This document shows, piece by piece, positions 13,501 through 27,417 of a DNA stretch of 64,000 bases. The translations under genes were made by a program, and so were the position numbers. Positions within the stretch are counted from its first letter, which is position 1. Each line of letters starts with the position of its first letter. The stretch spans positions 3,410,001-3,474,000 of the forward strand of contig CM022670.1 in NCBI GenBank assembly GCA_012295275.1, written 5' to 3'. This DNA comes from Chrysomallon squamiferum. Its lineage: Eukaryota > Animalia > Mollusca. The notes below the pieces were generated by a model, which saw nothing but the letters and a program-made list of their open reading frames with translations, ran no database searches and was not told the origin of the DNA.

Positions 13501-15171
13501 TTATAAAAATTACAATTTATTTACTAACTAATATTAATTTAAAATAATAATAATAATAATAATAATAATTAATTTAATAAATATTTATTTAAAATGAATT
13601 CAGTTATACAAAAAGAAAAACCCTCTCCTAAAATATCTGAATAAATAAAGAAACAAACAAAAATCACAGTAAAAAAAAAATAAAAAAAATATTAATAATA
13701 ATAAGAAGAAGAAAAAATAAAAGATAAAGAAAACAATGAAAATGAATAAATACAGAAAAATTTAAAGAAATTAAAACATTATGAGAAAAATCATTAACTA
13801 TTCATTTTATTATTTATTGAACTTTAATTTTAATTTAATTTAATTATTGAAAGATTGAAAAGAAAAAAGAAAAACATAATGGTTGTTTAAATTTTCTCCC
13901 GAAGAACATTCAGAAGTCTTTTACAAAAAATAAAACAAATTAAATAACTGAATGTTTAAAATGTTCATTATTTATTTCCTCAAAAATGAAAAACATTTTA
14001 AGAAATAACTCATTAGTGAAAATTTCTAAATTTTAAACATAAAACATTAATAATTTATTATAAAAAAAAGTTTAAATTTTCTCCAAAAGAACATTTAGAA
14101 TTTTTTTTTTACAAAAAATTACAGTTTATTTACTAAATAACGGTAACAAAAAGAAAAAAGAAAATCATTAATTTATTTATTTAACATTTAAAAATTTAAT
14201 AATAGAAAAATACATTTTATACTGAATCTTTAGAAATTTAAAACAATAATTTTTGAAAGAAATAATTTATTTGCCATCAAAAGAAGAAAAAACAATATTC
14301 CAAAATAAAAAATATATTATTTATGTATTGAAACATAATCTTTATTCTCAAAATGGTTTGTAATAATAATAATAATAATTTAGAAAATTTCCTTACTGAA
14401 TAGTTTAAATATGGAAAGTAATTAATATTCAGTTATTGATTTAATATTTAGAAAATGTTAAGTATTAGAAATTATGTCACATTTATTTTTATTTTTAATG
14501 TACTCTCACTTTAATTGTAATTTATTTTTATTTTTTAAATTTTATTGTTAATAAATAAGATTTAGCAATTTTTTAATTTTATTTATTTATTTTTTTTTTT
14601 TGATTATTATTATTATTATGTTTATTTTTTTTTTTTTTTTGTGGCTTAATCTTTTGTGATATTTGTCCAAGTTCTTTTCTTCTTTTATTTAAAAATTATA
14701 AACAAAAAATCTTTAATTTGATAGAAATATTTATTTTCTGATGTTAAAAAAAATCTTCTACATTATAGTGTGACTAGTTGTGATATAAAATTATTTCAGT
14801 AATATTTTTTGTTCAAATTATGAAAATATATTTAATGTTTAAAATGTTTTTAGATAAAAATAAATTTTCATTAAAATCTAAATCTATAATATAAAATTAT
14901 ATATTCTGATATATTGCACTAAAATGAAAATCATATACATTCATGTACAATACATTTTTTATTAACTTTAAAAGTTATTTACATCTTAAAAAAGTTATTA
15001 AAAAGATTAAATCAATCTGATGTTTGTGTTTACCTATTATATTTTTTTCTCTTATTTTTATATTTATAAATAAAAATAAATAAAAACTCTTGCAATGAGG
15101 AATCTTTAATAGTAAAAGGGAATCTCTTTTTACCATAGTTTTGTTATTTTATCATCATCATCATCATCATC

Positions 15172-15216
<45 letters not shown>

Positions 15217-15658
15217 CACTACTCAGCATTTGATTTAACCAGATTTTCCAGAGAAAGATATATATGCACACGATTCTTTTAAAAAAATAAAAAACAAAAA
15301 CATTTTCTGATTATTTATAATTTTCTTTTTCTATATCTCCAACTTATATCTAGGACTTCCATACCTGTTAATGAAAAATATCTACACAGACTTGTTAGTC
15401 TTACCCAAGGATTCTCTGCTCAGTGGGAAAAATGAAGACTACAGAATCGAAGATTCCTTTTCTCCTGAAACAGATAATGAAGAAAACAGCAATGAAAAAG
15501 GAAATTAAGACAGATCCCAGACGAGATCTAGATGAAACTTGGACAAAGTTTTTTTTTTAAATTTCAACCTCTCTGGAAGATTCGAATTACTTTGGTGAAA
15601 AGATTGCTTTTTATTTTGCCTGGTCAGGAGAGCTGGCTTCATCACTGTGGATTCCAGC
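10516..15658 (+). pseudogene. Anoctamin copy A, exons 1-5, disrupted and truncated by the assembly gap
   Basis: Exons 10516-10918, 11594-11666, 12146-12246, 12844-13027, 15354-15658(gap). A 26-bp deletion in exon 1 gives an early TGA (re-initiation possible at ATG 10640). Indels in exon 5 lie near the contig end. Confidence 0.8.
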
Positions 15659-15858
15659 NNNNNNNNNNNNNNNNNNNNNNNNNNNNNNNNNNNNNNNNNN
15701 NNNNNNNNNNNNNNNNNNNNNNNNNNNNNNNNNNNNNNNNNNNNNNNNNNNNNNNNNNNNNNNNNNNNNNNNNNNNNNNNNNNNNNNNNNNNNNNNNNNN
15801 NNNNNNNNNNNNNNNNNNNNNNNNNNNNNNNNNNNNNNNNNNNNNNNNNNNNNNNNNN
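15659..15858. other. Assembly gap (200 N)
   Basis: Fixed-length N run. Confidence 0.99.
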
Positions 15859-16028
15859 CATATATAAATAAATAAAAGCATAAATAAGTAAATAAGTAAA
15901 GAAAGAAAGAATGAAAAAAAGAAAAGAGGAAATAAATAAAAAAGTAAATAAACAATAAATAAATAAATACCAGTGAATCTCATACTGCCAAACTCCATGT
16001 TATCTTTCCTCATTATTAAAACACTTAC

Positions 16029-16454
16029 ACCTTTAAGAGGCATCTCCAAATGAGTTCTCTCTGCCTCAACACACAGACGTTTGAATGGACACTGAAGTTT
16101 CACATACACCAAATCTCCAATCGTTTCTTTCTGTATAAAAAAACCTTCCTTCTCTAACAATTCTTCAAATCTGGTTCGACACCCTTCATCTGCCTCACTG
16201 CTGCTTTCAGTTGAGTACAGAAGAACAAAATCTGTTCTCTTCATCTCTGGGATTAGTTTAGATTCCCAAGCAAGCTTGAAGTAGCACCGATCAAATCGTG
16301 ACATTCTTTTCAGTAGTTTTTTACATTTTCTTTTAAATTTCTGCTCAGAATGGCTAACCGTGGCTGGTTTGCCAAATGTCATAGCCTCTTGTTGGACATC
16401 GCTGTCCTCAGATGTCTCTCTGCCTCCTCTGTGCAACAGCTGTGTGTCATTCAT
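16029..16454 (-). CDS. Anoctamin copy B, intact exon 1 (142 codons); rest of gene lost in the gap
   Basis: Open frame MNDTQ...EMPLKG followed by a GTAAGT donor; the intron runs into the N gap at 15858. Confidence 0.78.
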
Positions 16455-19400
16455 TCTCCTGCTAGGCCAATGTCCACTGATAAAATATTTCTGATAATTA
16501 AATATGCCTGATTATTATTTCATATGAAAAGGAAATAATTTTGTTTTAATTGACAGTGATGTTCATTAAACAATACTGTTACTACCGACATTACCAGAGA
16601 TGATAATAGTACTAGTACTATTACTAGCATTCTTATTACTATTACTATCACACAGAGACATAACATTACTTATTTTAATGCAATTCCTGTCAGTATTACT
16701 ATCAGAAGCAGCAATAATAACATTATTTATATTGTTCTAAATACTTTTGTCAACAGTGATATATTATACTACCATTACTAGCATTCCTGTTACTACCACA
16801 TGATGCAATAATATTACTCATACTGCTACTACATTTACTAGTATTCTTGTTGTCAACACTAGAAGTAATATTGTTTCTGCATTATATCTACTAGCTGCTA
16901 TCATCAGCATTCCTGTTAAAAATTTTAATTGTAATTGTTAATGGTGCTGCTAATTCTATTACTTCAGATGCTTAAGAACAAGAAACCATTGCTAGTACTA
17001 TTGTAAAAAAAAAAGAATAGTATTACTGACATTCATACCTTTATTACTAGCATTCCTGTTATTATTTCTAACATTGTTCCTGTTACTGCTAAAACAACAA
17101 ATTACTTCTTTTAATGTTAGTATTACTATGACAATAACTATTACTATATCTCTATTACAATATAATTTATTTTAATTTCCACGGGCATAGACACTGAACC
17201 AGAAAAAAAAAAAAAATAGTAAACATTACAAAAACAACTTGCTGTCTTAATCTAATTCATTTTAAATGTAAATATTCGTTGACCATTGACATAAACATAT
17301 GCCACAATAAAAGAATTTAAAAAAGCAAAACACCTACATCATCAGATGTTCATTCAAGCCAAATGTTATGATACAATTATAACTATTTTTCATTTTTCAG
17401 TAATGTTGTTTTGTATTGCATTCTGAGATTAGAAAATGGATATTTTTTATTCTTATCGAATCAGCAATTCATGGTTTATCTTCCAAAGTAAGGCAAGCTG
17501 TAACATGTCTGATAACAAGATAAATAATTTGAATAGTCTACAGACAACTTTGCATTTGTGCAATCAATTGAAACCTTGAGCTTAGCCTTGCTATACATTA
17601 ATGATTAAATACATAGATATGTTTTCATCTGTTAGATAAAGGACTGACTAAAACAAATTTATTTTTAAAAGTGTTTTCTGTATGAGAAAACTTTAGACAC
17701 GTATGTACAATTTTGACCACAGCAATTAGAATTCCATTTTAAAAATACACAAATACAAAAAAAAAAATTAAATTAATTAATTAGCTTAGAGGTGCAAAAT
17801 AACTAAAGTTCTTCAGTTTATTAAAAACTGCATTAATCCATCACTATAACAAAAATGCAAAACATTTTCAAACTAACAGCAAATTAAGTAATTCAATTTG
17901 CAGATAACAGCATTTAGGTATTTTATAATTCTTCATTAAATCAGTTTTCCTTCCTGTCCAAACAATTAAAGGATCAAGAGTTTGAAAATTAACACTGCCA
18001 ATTATGATACATAGAAACAAAACTTTTGCTTTTTAAACTCCTAATTGTTAGTTCTTAATTAATTATCATCTAAGTTCATAAAGAAATATGACGTAATTTA
18101 AAATCTAAGCACTGTATATATTCTTTTATTTAATTATTTTAATATATGTATATATGTCTGTATGTAAGTAAGTAAGGATGGATCGATGTGAGTTGGTGGG
18201 TGTGTGGGTGTGTGTATTCCTACAGTGATAAACTTTATTTGATTTATCATTTAAAAGATAGATAGATATACCTACCTCTCAAATATTCTGGATATATCTA
18301 TATACTAGTCTGACTGGTATTAATACCTTGAAGTTTGCTTGTCCTGTTTAAGGGGTAGCAGACTATAATAGTGACACGTGACAAGGTGTTAATGATCTGA
18401 GACAGCATAAACTACTAAATGACTAGTCTATATCCAATAGAGAATAATAACACAATCAAGAATTGAATATGGGTAATTGTTTTATATATCACATAAATTA
18501 ACCATCAGTGGTAACATATAATTTAATCGTAAGATTCTCACAAGTCAATACAAATGCAAATAGCGTTCATAGATAATACTGTTCTAATTAAGTCCAGATG
18601 GTTACTTTAACTTTCTAACTAAGCTTTAGTTATTAAAATACATTATCTTAGTTTGTTACTTCATTTTCAAGCATAAGTAAGTACCACACAATAACACTAT
18701 AAATCCAACAAAAATATACTTGTCTATCAACATGATTTAAACCATAATTACCCTTCCATAGGTGATCCTTTGTACGGGTCCCTCAGTCAACATGTCACAA
18801 GACTGCGCACTGATCAAAAGATCTCGTTTAAAATGTGCACCAGATATATTACAGGACTCGTGCGAGTGTTGATGACACACCTCTATAGGCAGCCTTTCTG
18901 AACTTACTTTGCAATTTAAAAGCTTTTTCTGAGTTAGTTAATCCCAGTCTTTCTTTGTTTACAAAATAATGGAACTACCCCTAATTATATAATATAGCTT
19001 CTAAACAGCCCATGGATGTCTGCATACTCTCTGCTATTTACTTTCTGTGACGTTATTACTATATTCTGACATTAATTAGCTAAGCATTGAAAACCCATAA
19101 AAATATGAATTTGTAAACATTGTTATACACTACAGCTTAATAAATATTGCTGTAATATAATAATATACTTCATATAAAATGTACCTACCATTCTGCTTTA
19201 AATGGGCATATAATAATGTGTTTTATGAACATTATGTAATTCACTAGAGAGAATAAAAAATTATTATTAAAAATAAGTCTAGCAAAGAGGTAACAAAGAA
19301 TATATGTTATAAATCCATCCATTTAACACTGGCAAAATTCCACATATAATATATCCCACAGTAATGAAATATAAATTTAATAACAAAAATAAATAAATAC

Positions 19401-19626
19401 AAGGCCTTTGTTTAGAATACATTATTACATTATTTTTATGACAAGACACTATAGCTTGCTTTGTGTTTTAGGCAGTGTTCTGTATAATACATTTTGCTGT
19501 ATTCTCCTGACAGCTAATAAATGGAGTCACAGTTATTATGCTTTATCTCCGGCCGTTCATTTTTTAGTTCAGTTCTTCAGTTAGCATAAATACTTCCTTT
19601 GTTTGAAGGCATTATTCATAAGAACA

Positions 19627-22600
19627 ATGGTGAGGCAATGTGTTTGGGGGACATTTATACCATTTGCAAAGCCAAAAACACACCAAAAAAATGTTTAAAA
19701 TGGATTCAACTATGCGGACGACCACACTCTATATTAAATGTTGATAACATAAACAAGCACAAGTATTTGTGCTATGGTAAGCCTAGTTATGCATGAAATT
19801 ATCTCATTTTATTTATTTTATGGTTATTTATTTAAAAATATAATTTAAACAAAACTTTTAGCCAATTACCATCAGCTGTCCTTGAACCTGGTCATAGTAT
19901 TGATGATTTTGAGCAGAATAAACTGTATTGCCTTTCCTTTTCAAAATAAAATGTTTAAGTTCATCAACTGCTTAATTAATTGTAAGGTCTCTTGCACTAT
20001 TCAGGCATTTGACCTCAATTATGCCACAATCATTGTTATCACAAACTTTACCATCTGGGCTGTCACCTAAAAACAAAAATTCTTTATTTACCATTAGTCC
20101 ACATTCATCATTTTTCATATGTGTGTCTTGTAAGACACAGTTCAAGATACTTGGCTTTTGTGTTTGGTTCATTTCTTCTGCCATATTCAAAGAGAACAGC
20201 TATCTCTTTGGTGTTAAACATATGCTCCAAAAATGTTGAAATGGTACAGACTTCAGTTGTAAAATAGTATATTGCCACATCCAGTACCCACAGAGGCTTC
20301 TATATTCTTGAAGTTTCACGTCTAAAATATAATACAAAATATTTTGTACATTAAATATGTCTTTTTCATTCATAATGATAAATCAAATAAAGTTTATCAA
20401 TGTAGGAATACACACACCCACCAACTCACATCGATCCATCCTTACTTACTTACATACAGACATATATACATATATTAAAATAATTGAATAAAAGAATATA
20501 AACAGTGCTTAGATTTTAAATTACGTCAAATTTCTTTATGAACTTAGATGATAATTAATTAAAAACTAACAATTAGGAGTTTAAAAAGCAAAAGTTTTGT
20601 TTCTATGTATCATAATTGGCAGTGTTAATTTTCAAACTCTTGATCCTTTAATTGTTTGGACAGGAAGGAAAACTGATTTAATGAAGAATTATAAAATATC
20701 TAAATGCTATTATCTGGAAACTGAATTACTTAATTTGCTGTTAGTTCGAAAATGTTTTGCGTTTTTGTTATACTGACGGATTAATGCAATTTTTAATAAA
20801 CTGAAGGACTTCAGTTATTTTGCACCTCGAAGCTAATTAATTAATTTTTTGATTTTTAAAATGGAATTCTAATTGCTATGGTCAAAATTGTACATTAGTT
20901 TGAAAATGTTTTGCATTTTTGTTATACTGACGGATTAATGCAGTTTTTAATAAACTGAAGAACTTTAGTTATTTTGCACCTCTAAGCTAATTAATTAATT
21001 TAATTTTTTTTTTGTATTTGTGTATTTTTAAAATGGAATTGTAATTGCTAGGTCAAAATTGTACATACGTGTCTAAAGTTTTCTCATACAGAAAACACTT
21101 TTAAAAATAAATTTGTTTTTAGTCAGTCCTTTATCTAACAGATGAAAACATATCTATGTATTTAATGTTTTCCCACTTCTTTTCCTGGTACTTAGTGCAG
21201 ATAGTCACAAACTTCAAAAACATTTAAAGGAGACAACAATGCAAAATCAGGAATTGCTTAACAAAGTATAAGAATAGAAGACACGAATTAACAGAATTAG
21301 AGAAAAACATAGATGGAGAAGAATTTGGTTTTGATATTATCTGTAGAAGAGAAGGAAAACTTAAAGATCTGTTCCAGTATTACACAGGATTAAAGCTGCT
21401 AAGATTTCTTGTACTCCTTGATCTTCTTACAGGAAAAACAGGTGTAAAATTAAAAGGCTTGCCTTGAAAGACTGTCTTTTTCTATGTTTGTGTATATTGC
21501 AGCATAATTTAGGCCTAAAAGACATATCCATGTGATATGGACTTTCAATGCAATCTTCTACATTTTTAATACATGGATTGAACATATGAATTTCAAATTT
21601 GGGCAGTTCAATATTTGGCCACACAGGGATATAATAATTAACAATATGCCTGCTGACTACAAAACAGAATTTCCCTTATATACTGGAAGGAGATGCTATC
21701 ATGGCAAACAAAGGATTTACCAATGGGAAAGAATTAGAAAAGCTAGGATTAAAGTTAAATATTACACCATTTGTTTCAACAGGTTCACTGATGTCCCCAG
21801 GAGATGCAGAACAGACAGAATAAATTGCAAACCATCAAACTCACACCAAAAGAGTAATTGTCAAAATAAAAAACTACATAATTATCTTTCATACAATCCC
21901 AGCTTTGCTCTTCCAGAACATAAACAAGATTTGGGCAGTTTGTTGCTTTTCAACATTGTTTCAAGATGCATTTCTTACAGATAAACAAATCTGGAAAATT
22001 GGAAATTGATTTTTACCTGATACAATAACAGTGATCCAACAGGTACTTTCCCAAACGATGTATCCATTCTAGGTCCATCTTTTGATAAAATATATCCCAT
22101 TGGCATTTTTAACAAACAAAAATTTGACAAGAGGACATCTGAAATATAAAGAATTATTTCATGTGTTGTGTAACCATATGCTAAGCTATATGCTAACTCA
22201 AAACAAACAAAACAAACTTTACAAAAAAATTATGATGCATTAGCAACTGCTATATTTTACAGAAAATATTGTAAGACCTGTTCAAAGACAATGATTATTT
22301 TATCTACCTACAGATGTAGTAAAACATATTGTTTACAGTTTGCTTGGAAATCCTCTGCCAACTGTGACCCAAATAAAAATAATCCAAGTCTTCCTGCCAG
22401 TTTTACAACTATTAAGGTGTAGTATTTAGTGTACTTGTTATAAATGAATTTAACATTGTTGTCATTTTGGTGTCAAGGCTGTAACTATTAAGTGTTTTGG
22501 CTTCATTTAAAAAAGAGTTTAATTATGGCCATGGATGTATTCATGTTGCAGATGTATTTACATGCATAATAATTTCATATGTTAGCAGCACAATATTTTT

Positions 22601-23962
22601 AAAGTATCATACTGGATTCCAGTTAAATATTAGTTTATGCAAAACATAATCAATTCTGTGTTTTATTATATTGATTAAAATATACATGTACATTGTTTAT
22701 TATTTATTTCTCTGCATATCCAGAGAGTATTAAAGACTCTTAAATGCAACTTTACAGTATCCAAAGAACTTGCAAAACATACTAAAATATTCCAGAAATA
22801 GGATAAAAATATCAAAGAGTGGATGTCAATTTCAAAATGAATAGATATAACTACAATAGGTATACTGCCTATAGTATTAAAGAACAAATCAACATTGTAA
22901 GTCTTACTTCTTCTCTGGGTCCAACTGGCACAATACAGGCTTTCTTTTTATGACTTCTGCTGTGGGTCTTTCCACCACAACATGAATCATTGGCACTGGA
23001 GTTATTTTCATTCTTTGGATGGCCCCACTGTTTTGGAATGCTCATAGAACTCTGCTGTCCTGGGACTGATGTTAAATTGTGCTGCTTGAATCCTTGTAAG
23101 GTTTTTAAGAGCCCAATAATGTGTGATTAGCCTGTCTGTACAAAAAGAAAAGAAAGTCATTTATAAATATGAACACCTGTTCTTTTTCAAATAATAGTAA
23201 TACACACACTGACTCAGTTGATATTTAGCTATATATGAATTAGCTAAATATAAATAATATGCATGCCAACACAGCCACTGAACAGAAAAAAAGGAAGAAA
23301 GAAATATTTATACTCAGCACATTTTATTTATGGTCATATTTTGTCGGACATATGTGATATAGTTAAGGACCACACTATACTGAGAGAGAAAACCTGCTGT
23401 TGCCACTTCATGGGCTACTATTTTTGATTAGCAGTACCATCCCACAAAGTAGTGTATACCAGTCATGGCACAATGGACCAATAGACAGTGTACAAAACCT
23501 GTGCTGTGTGTGTAGTGTTCCAAATGACCAAAGTTGGTTGAGAGGTGAATTCAAACTAAACAGTTGGGCGATTTATTGTAAATGTTCTTCACAGTGCAGC
23601 TTTAAGACATTTGTTATATTCTGGTTTGTTACTTTTCTTTTTTCTTTGCACTAAAATAAACCATGCTGCAAAATAGAGTTTAATAGCAAAATATACTCAC
23701 CCAGCTTTTTACAGAAGTAGTTAACAGTATGCAGATTGTGTGCCGAGTCGTCGTTTCTCATGGAACGCCAGCATCTCGCATTCACTTTCGGTTGATTTTC
23801 GTGGGAAATTTTTAAATCGTGGATGAAGCCTTGCGTAAAATAATTTAAACCTTTCTCTTGTGCTTTTCTGGAAAGGCCCGAGCTATCAGGAAGATATGAA
23901 ACCAACACATCATCTCGAATACCTTTTAAATCAGCTACGCCGTCTGCTACCGATTCCGCCAT
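19627..23962. mobile_element. Second (mirror) copy of the ISL2EU-like relic
   Basis: THAP exon 19627-19776 (+), YqaJ at about 19860-20320 (-), transposase FNTWIEHMNFKFGQFNIWPHRDIIINNMPADYKTEFP from 21532 (+), SWIM-gene first exon 23962-23701 (-). Confidence 0.75.
20375..21166 (+). repeat. Inserted inverted copy of anoctamin upstream DNA
   Basis: Matches 8700-9335 (+) and the reverse complement of about 17605-18250; absent from the left arm at the equivalent site (about 6555). Confidence 0.88.
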
Positions 23963-24030
23963 TTTGGATGTTAGATTGCGGTACGTAATAACAGTAACAG
24001 GGGGGGGGGCTTACGGAGTAATTGTGAAAA

Positions 24031-24269
24031 TATGAATTAACGTTTTATCATCTCTTTGAGGGACACTATATCTGAAAGACCAGAATCAAAAGACGCTACA
24101 GATATATATCAGAATATATACTGAAATCCGAATAGTTTATTATTTTGTGATGGGACGAGATTTGATTACATTACTGACATACAAATTTTTATCAGACCCG
24201 TCACAAAACAGAGATTCTGGTCTTTCAGATATAGTGTCCCTCAAAGAGATGATAAAACGTTAATTCATA
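24031..24269. repeat. 57-bp perfect inverted repeat enclosing a duplicate of the adjacent sequence (mirror at about 3530-3762)
   Basis: 24031-24087 is the exact reverse complement of 24213-24269; the internal 24112-24206 is repeated at about 24272-24378. Confidence 0.85.
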
Positions 24270-24384
24270 CTGAATATATACTGAAATCCGAATAGTTTAT
24301 TATTTTGTGAAGGGACGAGATTTGATTACTTTACTGACATACAAATTTTTATAGACTGAAAAATCAGCCCCGTCACAACACACA

Positions 24385-24476
<92 letters not shown>

Positions 24477-25584
24477 CCTTATAGATAGATAGGTGACATG
24501 TTTGATTAGAAAAATGAATTGACCAAGAGCCCTATTCTTTTAAACATGGAATTCATATTACATACAAATCAAATGAAAAATTTCTGAATATCAGTTTATT
24601 CACGTGAAGGACTGAACTAAAAACACCAAGCGTAATCTAAAGATACCTAAAGATGATTAAGGTGTCTGAGGTTTATTTCTCCTTGTTTAGACGTAAAGTA
24701 CTTGGGAAATTCCTTCAAGACACTAGAGACATTAATATATGGTAAATAGTGTCACTGATGTTATCTTAAGAAACTCAGGAGAATAATGGTCTGTCAGTAT
24801 TGGCTAGGGGTGTGAGATGTTATCTCTGTGACTGCAGTGAAAGAGAGTTCAAGAAAAAAGAGAAAATATCTGGTAAGCGAGAAAGACGTTTGGGACAGTT
24901 TTCTGCATTATAATTACTATACTATTTTATAATGTTATACTGCTATTGTATAACATGTTGTGAATTATGCCAGAGATCAGATATGAGATAGGCGTGCCTG
25001 AACCTTGATTTGGACGTGGGCACATAAAAAAGCCATACCCATGACCAATACCAGGAGGTCTTCTGCCTTCAGCTGTTGCATAATCTTCAAAACCTATTAG
25101 TTTGACTCGGCTTTTAATTTCTGTATTAATCTGATGTACCTCAGGATTAATTTCCTCTTTGTTTAATCTGGGTTCATCTTTGTTTTGATTGTTATCATCT
25201 CCAGGTTTATTATTTTCTTGTCTCAGAGCAATGTTGTCATTTGTTAGTGAATTATTCTAATTTTCTAGAGGTGGAACTTCATTTGCAAGTTGTCTGTTTT
25301 CATTTGTTAGTTGTGTTTCACCATTTCTTTCAAAAGACCTTTCCTCAATATGTACTAAACTTTCGCATTTCTAAAGGATCTGTCTCCACTTTTCAGGAGA
25401 GTATCTTCATCTCTTATCGAACGTTCATAATTCTCCAGTGGAGTCATTCCATTTCTTACTGAACTCTCTATGAGAACATTGTCTTGTACTGTAAAAGGTG
25501 GGGGGGGGTACGGAAAAAATGGCACAGTGAAAGTGAATGTATGTATGCATGTATTTATGTATGTACGTATGAGTGGGTATGTAT

Positions 25585-25671
<87 letters not shown>

Positions 25672-27331
25672 AAGTAAAGAATGCAGTTTATTTTTATATA
25701 TACAAGTACACATTAAGAAAACTGATACTAGTTCATTTAGAATTAGCTCTTCGTATGTTTAGAGCTAGGACTAATATTATTTGTTTATTTATTTATTTAT
25801 TTTGCCCTATTTCCTCTGAAAACAAGTTGTTGAAATAACTGATATAAGTAATTGACTGATTATGCTACAGGCAGTCCTAGATAAATTCGTATTAATTTTT
25901 TAATTTATTAATTAAATTCTGTTACATAAACAGATGCAAATATAGCTTTATGATGATGGATGGATCGACATATAAATGTATCTCCTCTCTCTCTGTTTTC
26001 TGCTTCTTCTTTTCCATTCTCTATCTATGTTCTCTGTCTTTCCTGTCTCTCTTTATACCTTCTTTATCTATGATAGTCTTGTCACCGCTGTTACATGTAC
26101 CGATTACGAGACGATTTCAAATTTTCGAATATGATATACCTTATATAAATTATATCTTTCAGAATGAAATATATATATTTTTTAATCTTTTATTTCAAAT
26201 ACCCCTGATTAAAATAAACCATGTACATTCTATAAATTACATTTGTTACGATCAAACAAAAATGGGAGTTAATTGCTCAACAAAATGAATGTGTCCCTCT
26301 ATGAATAAGCCAATATGTTTATTTCACCGAAAGAGGAAACAATCTGAAATATAGTTTAATATTTCATTATGGTTTTTTTTCCTCATGACTGACGATTTTC
26401 CTTTTTCTCTAGGTCTACAAAAAGTAGGTTCATTTATAGTAATGAATATTTTTATTTTGTATATATATGCAAGCCGACAGTGCAGTAGATTTGTTGCACT
26501 ATCTTATTTTGCTTCCTCTGTTTCTGTATTTATATTATATATGGATGTGTATATATGTATGTTCGTATGTTTGTATGTATGTATGTATGTGTTATGGATG
26601 GATGAATGCATCTATGTACGTATCTTTTATTTACGTTATGTCTTTTTTGCGAATGTAACTATTTATGAATGTTTGTATGTTACTGTGTCTCTTCTTATGT
26701 GTTTGTTTTGTGTCTGTATCTGTGTAAGTATTCTACCCTGTATATTCTTAACAAGTGCACACCAAAACTATTACTTAAGACATAGATATATTTGTTTTTG
26801 TTAATCCTATAATACATTAATCTGCTTATTGAACTCAGATTGTGGTAAATGATGTACAGAAAAATACTATCAATATATATTATGTAATTAATTTAATACC
26901 ATGAAATATCCCATTAAACTAAATAATGGAGTTTGTTTGTTTGGTGTCGTTTTGTTTTGTTTTTTGTTGTTTTTTAAATCTTGTATGCATTTTAAGAATG
27001 TCATTTATTAATATAATTTTGTTTAAAAAAGTATTAAAAAAAGATTGTACATTTTATTTTAAATAAAATTCATCAGCTAACAGCAAGGTACCATTGTTTA
27101 CGTACTTACGTCATCACATTGATACTTTAATGTTAAAATGCCTGATGTGTGGGCCAAACATGATCAATCCTGTGAAGCATCAAGCTTCAGGATTTCACTC
27201 TAAATACTCAGGGACATAGTATCTCATTAAAACTCATATAATATATCTGAATATTTCTTTGATGTTAATTAAATTTTAAAATTTTAAATTTATAGATTGT
27301 AAACATTTAAAAGTAAAGTTTATATATATGT

Positions 27332-27332
<1 letters not shown>

Positions 27333-27374
<42 letters not shown>
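27333..27374. repeat. (CA)n microsatellite just outside the right arm end
   Basis: Direct observation. Confidence 0.95.
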
Positions 27375-27377
<3 letters not shown>

Positions 27378-27417
27378 TATCCAACTTATTTTTGTTCTGT
27401 AAAAGTTACGAATCTGA

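Larger units (their letters stand above)
15859..27253 (-). repeat. Right arm of large inverted segmental duplication
   Basis: Collinear reverse complement of 608-11100 with scattered substitutions and indels plus an extra insertion at about 20375-21166. Confidence 0.93.

Noticed and set aside
15470-15658. Frameshifts in copy A exon 5 as proof of pseudogenisation
   Set aside because: Clustered within 200 bp of a contig end and partly in homopolymers, so may be consensus errors
15505-15955. ORFs with long X runs (also 57014-57355)
   Set aside because: Artefacts of reading through N gaps
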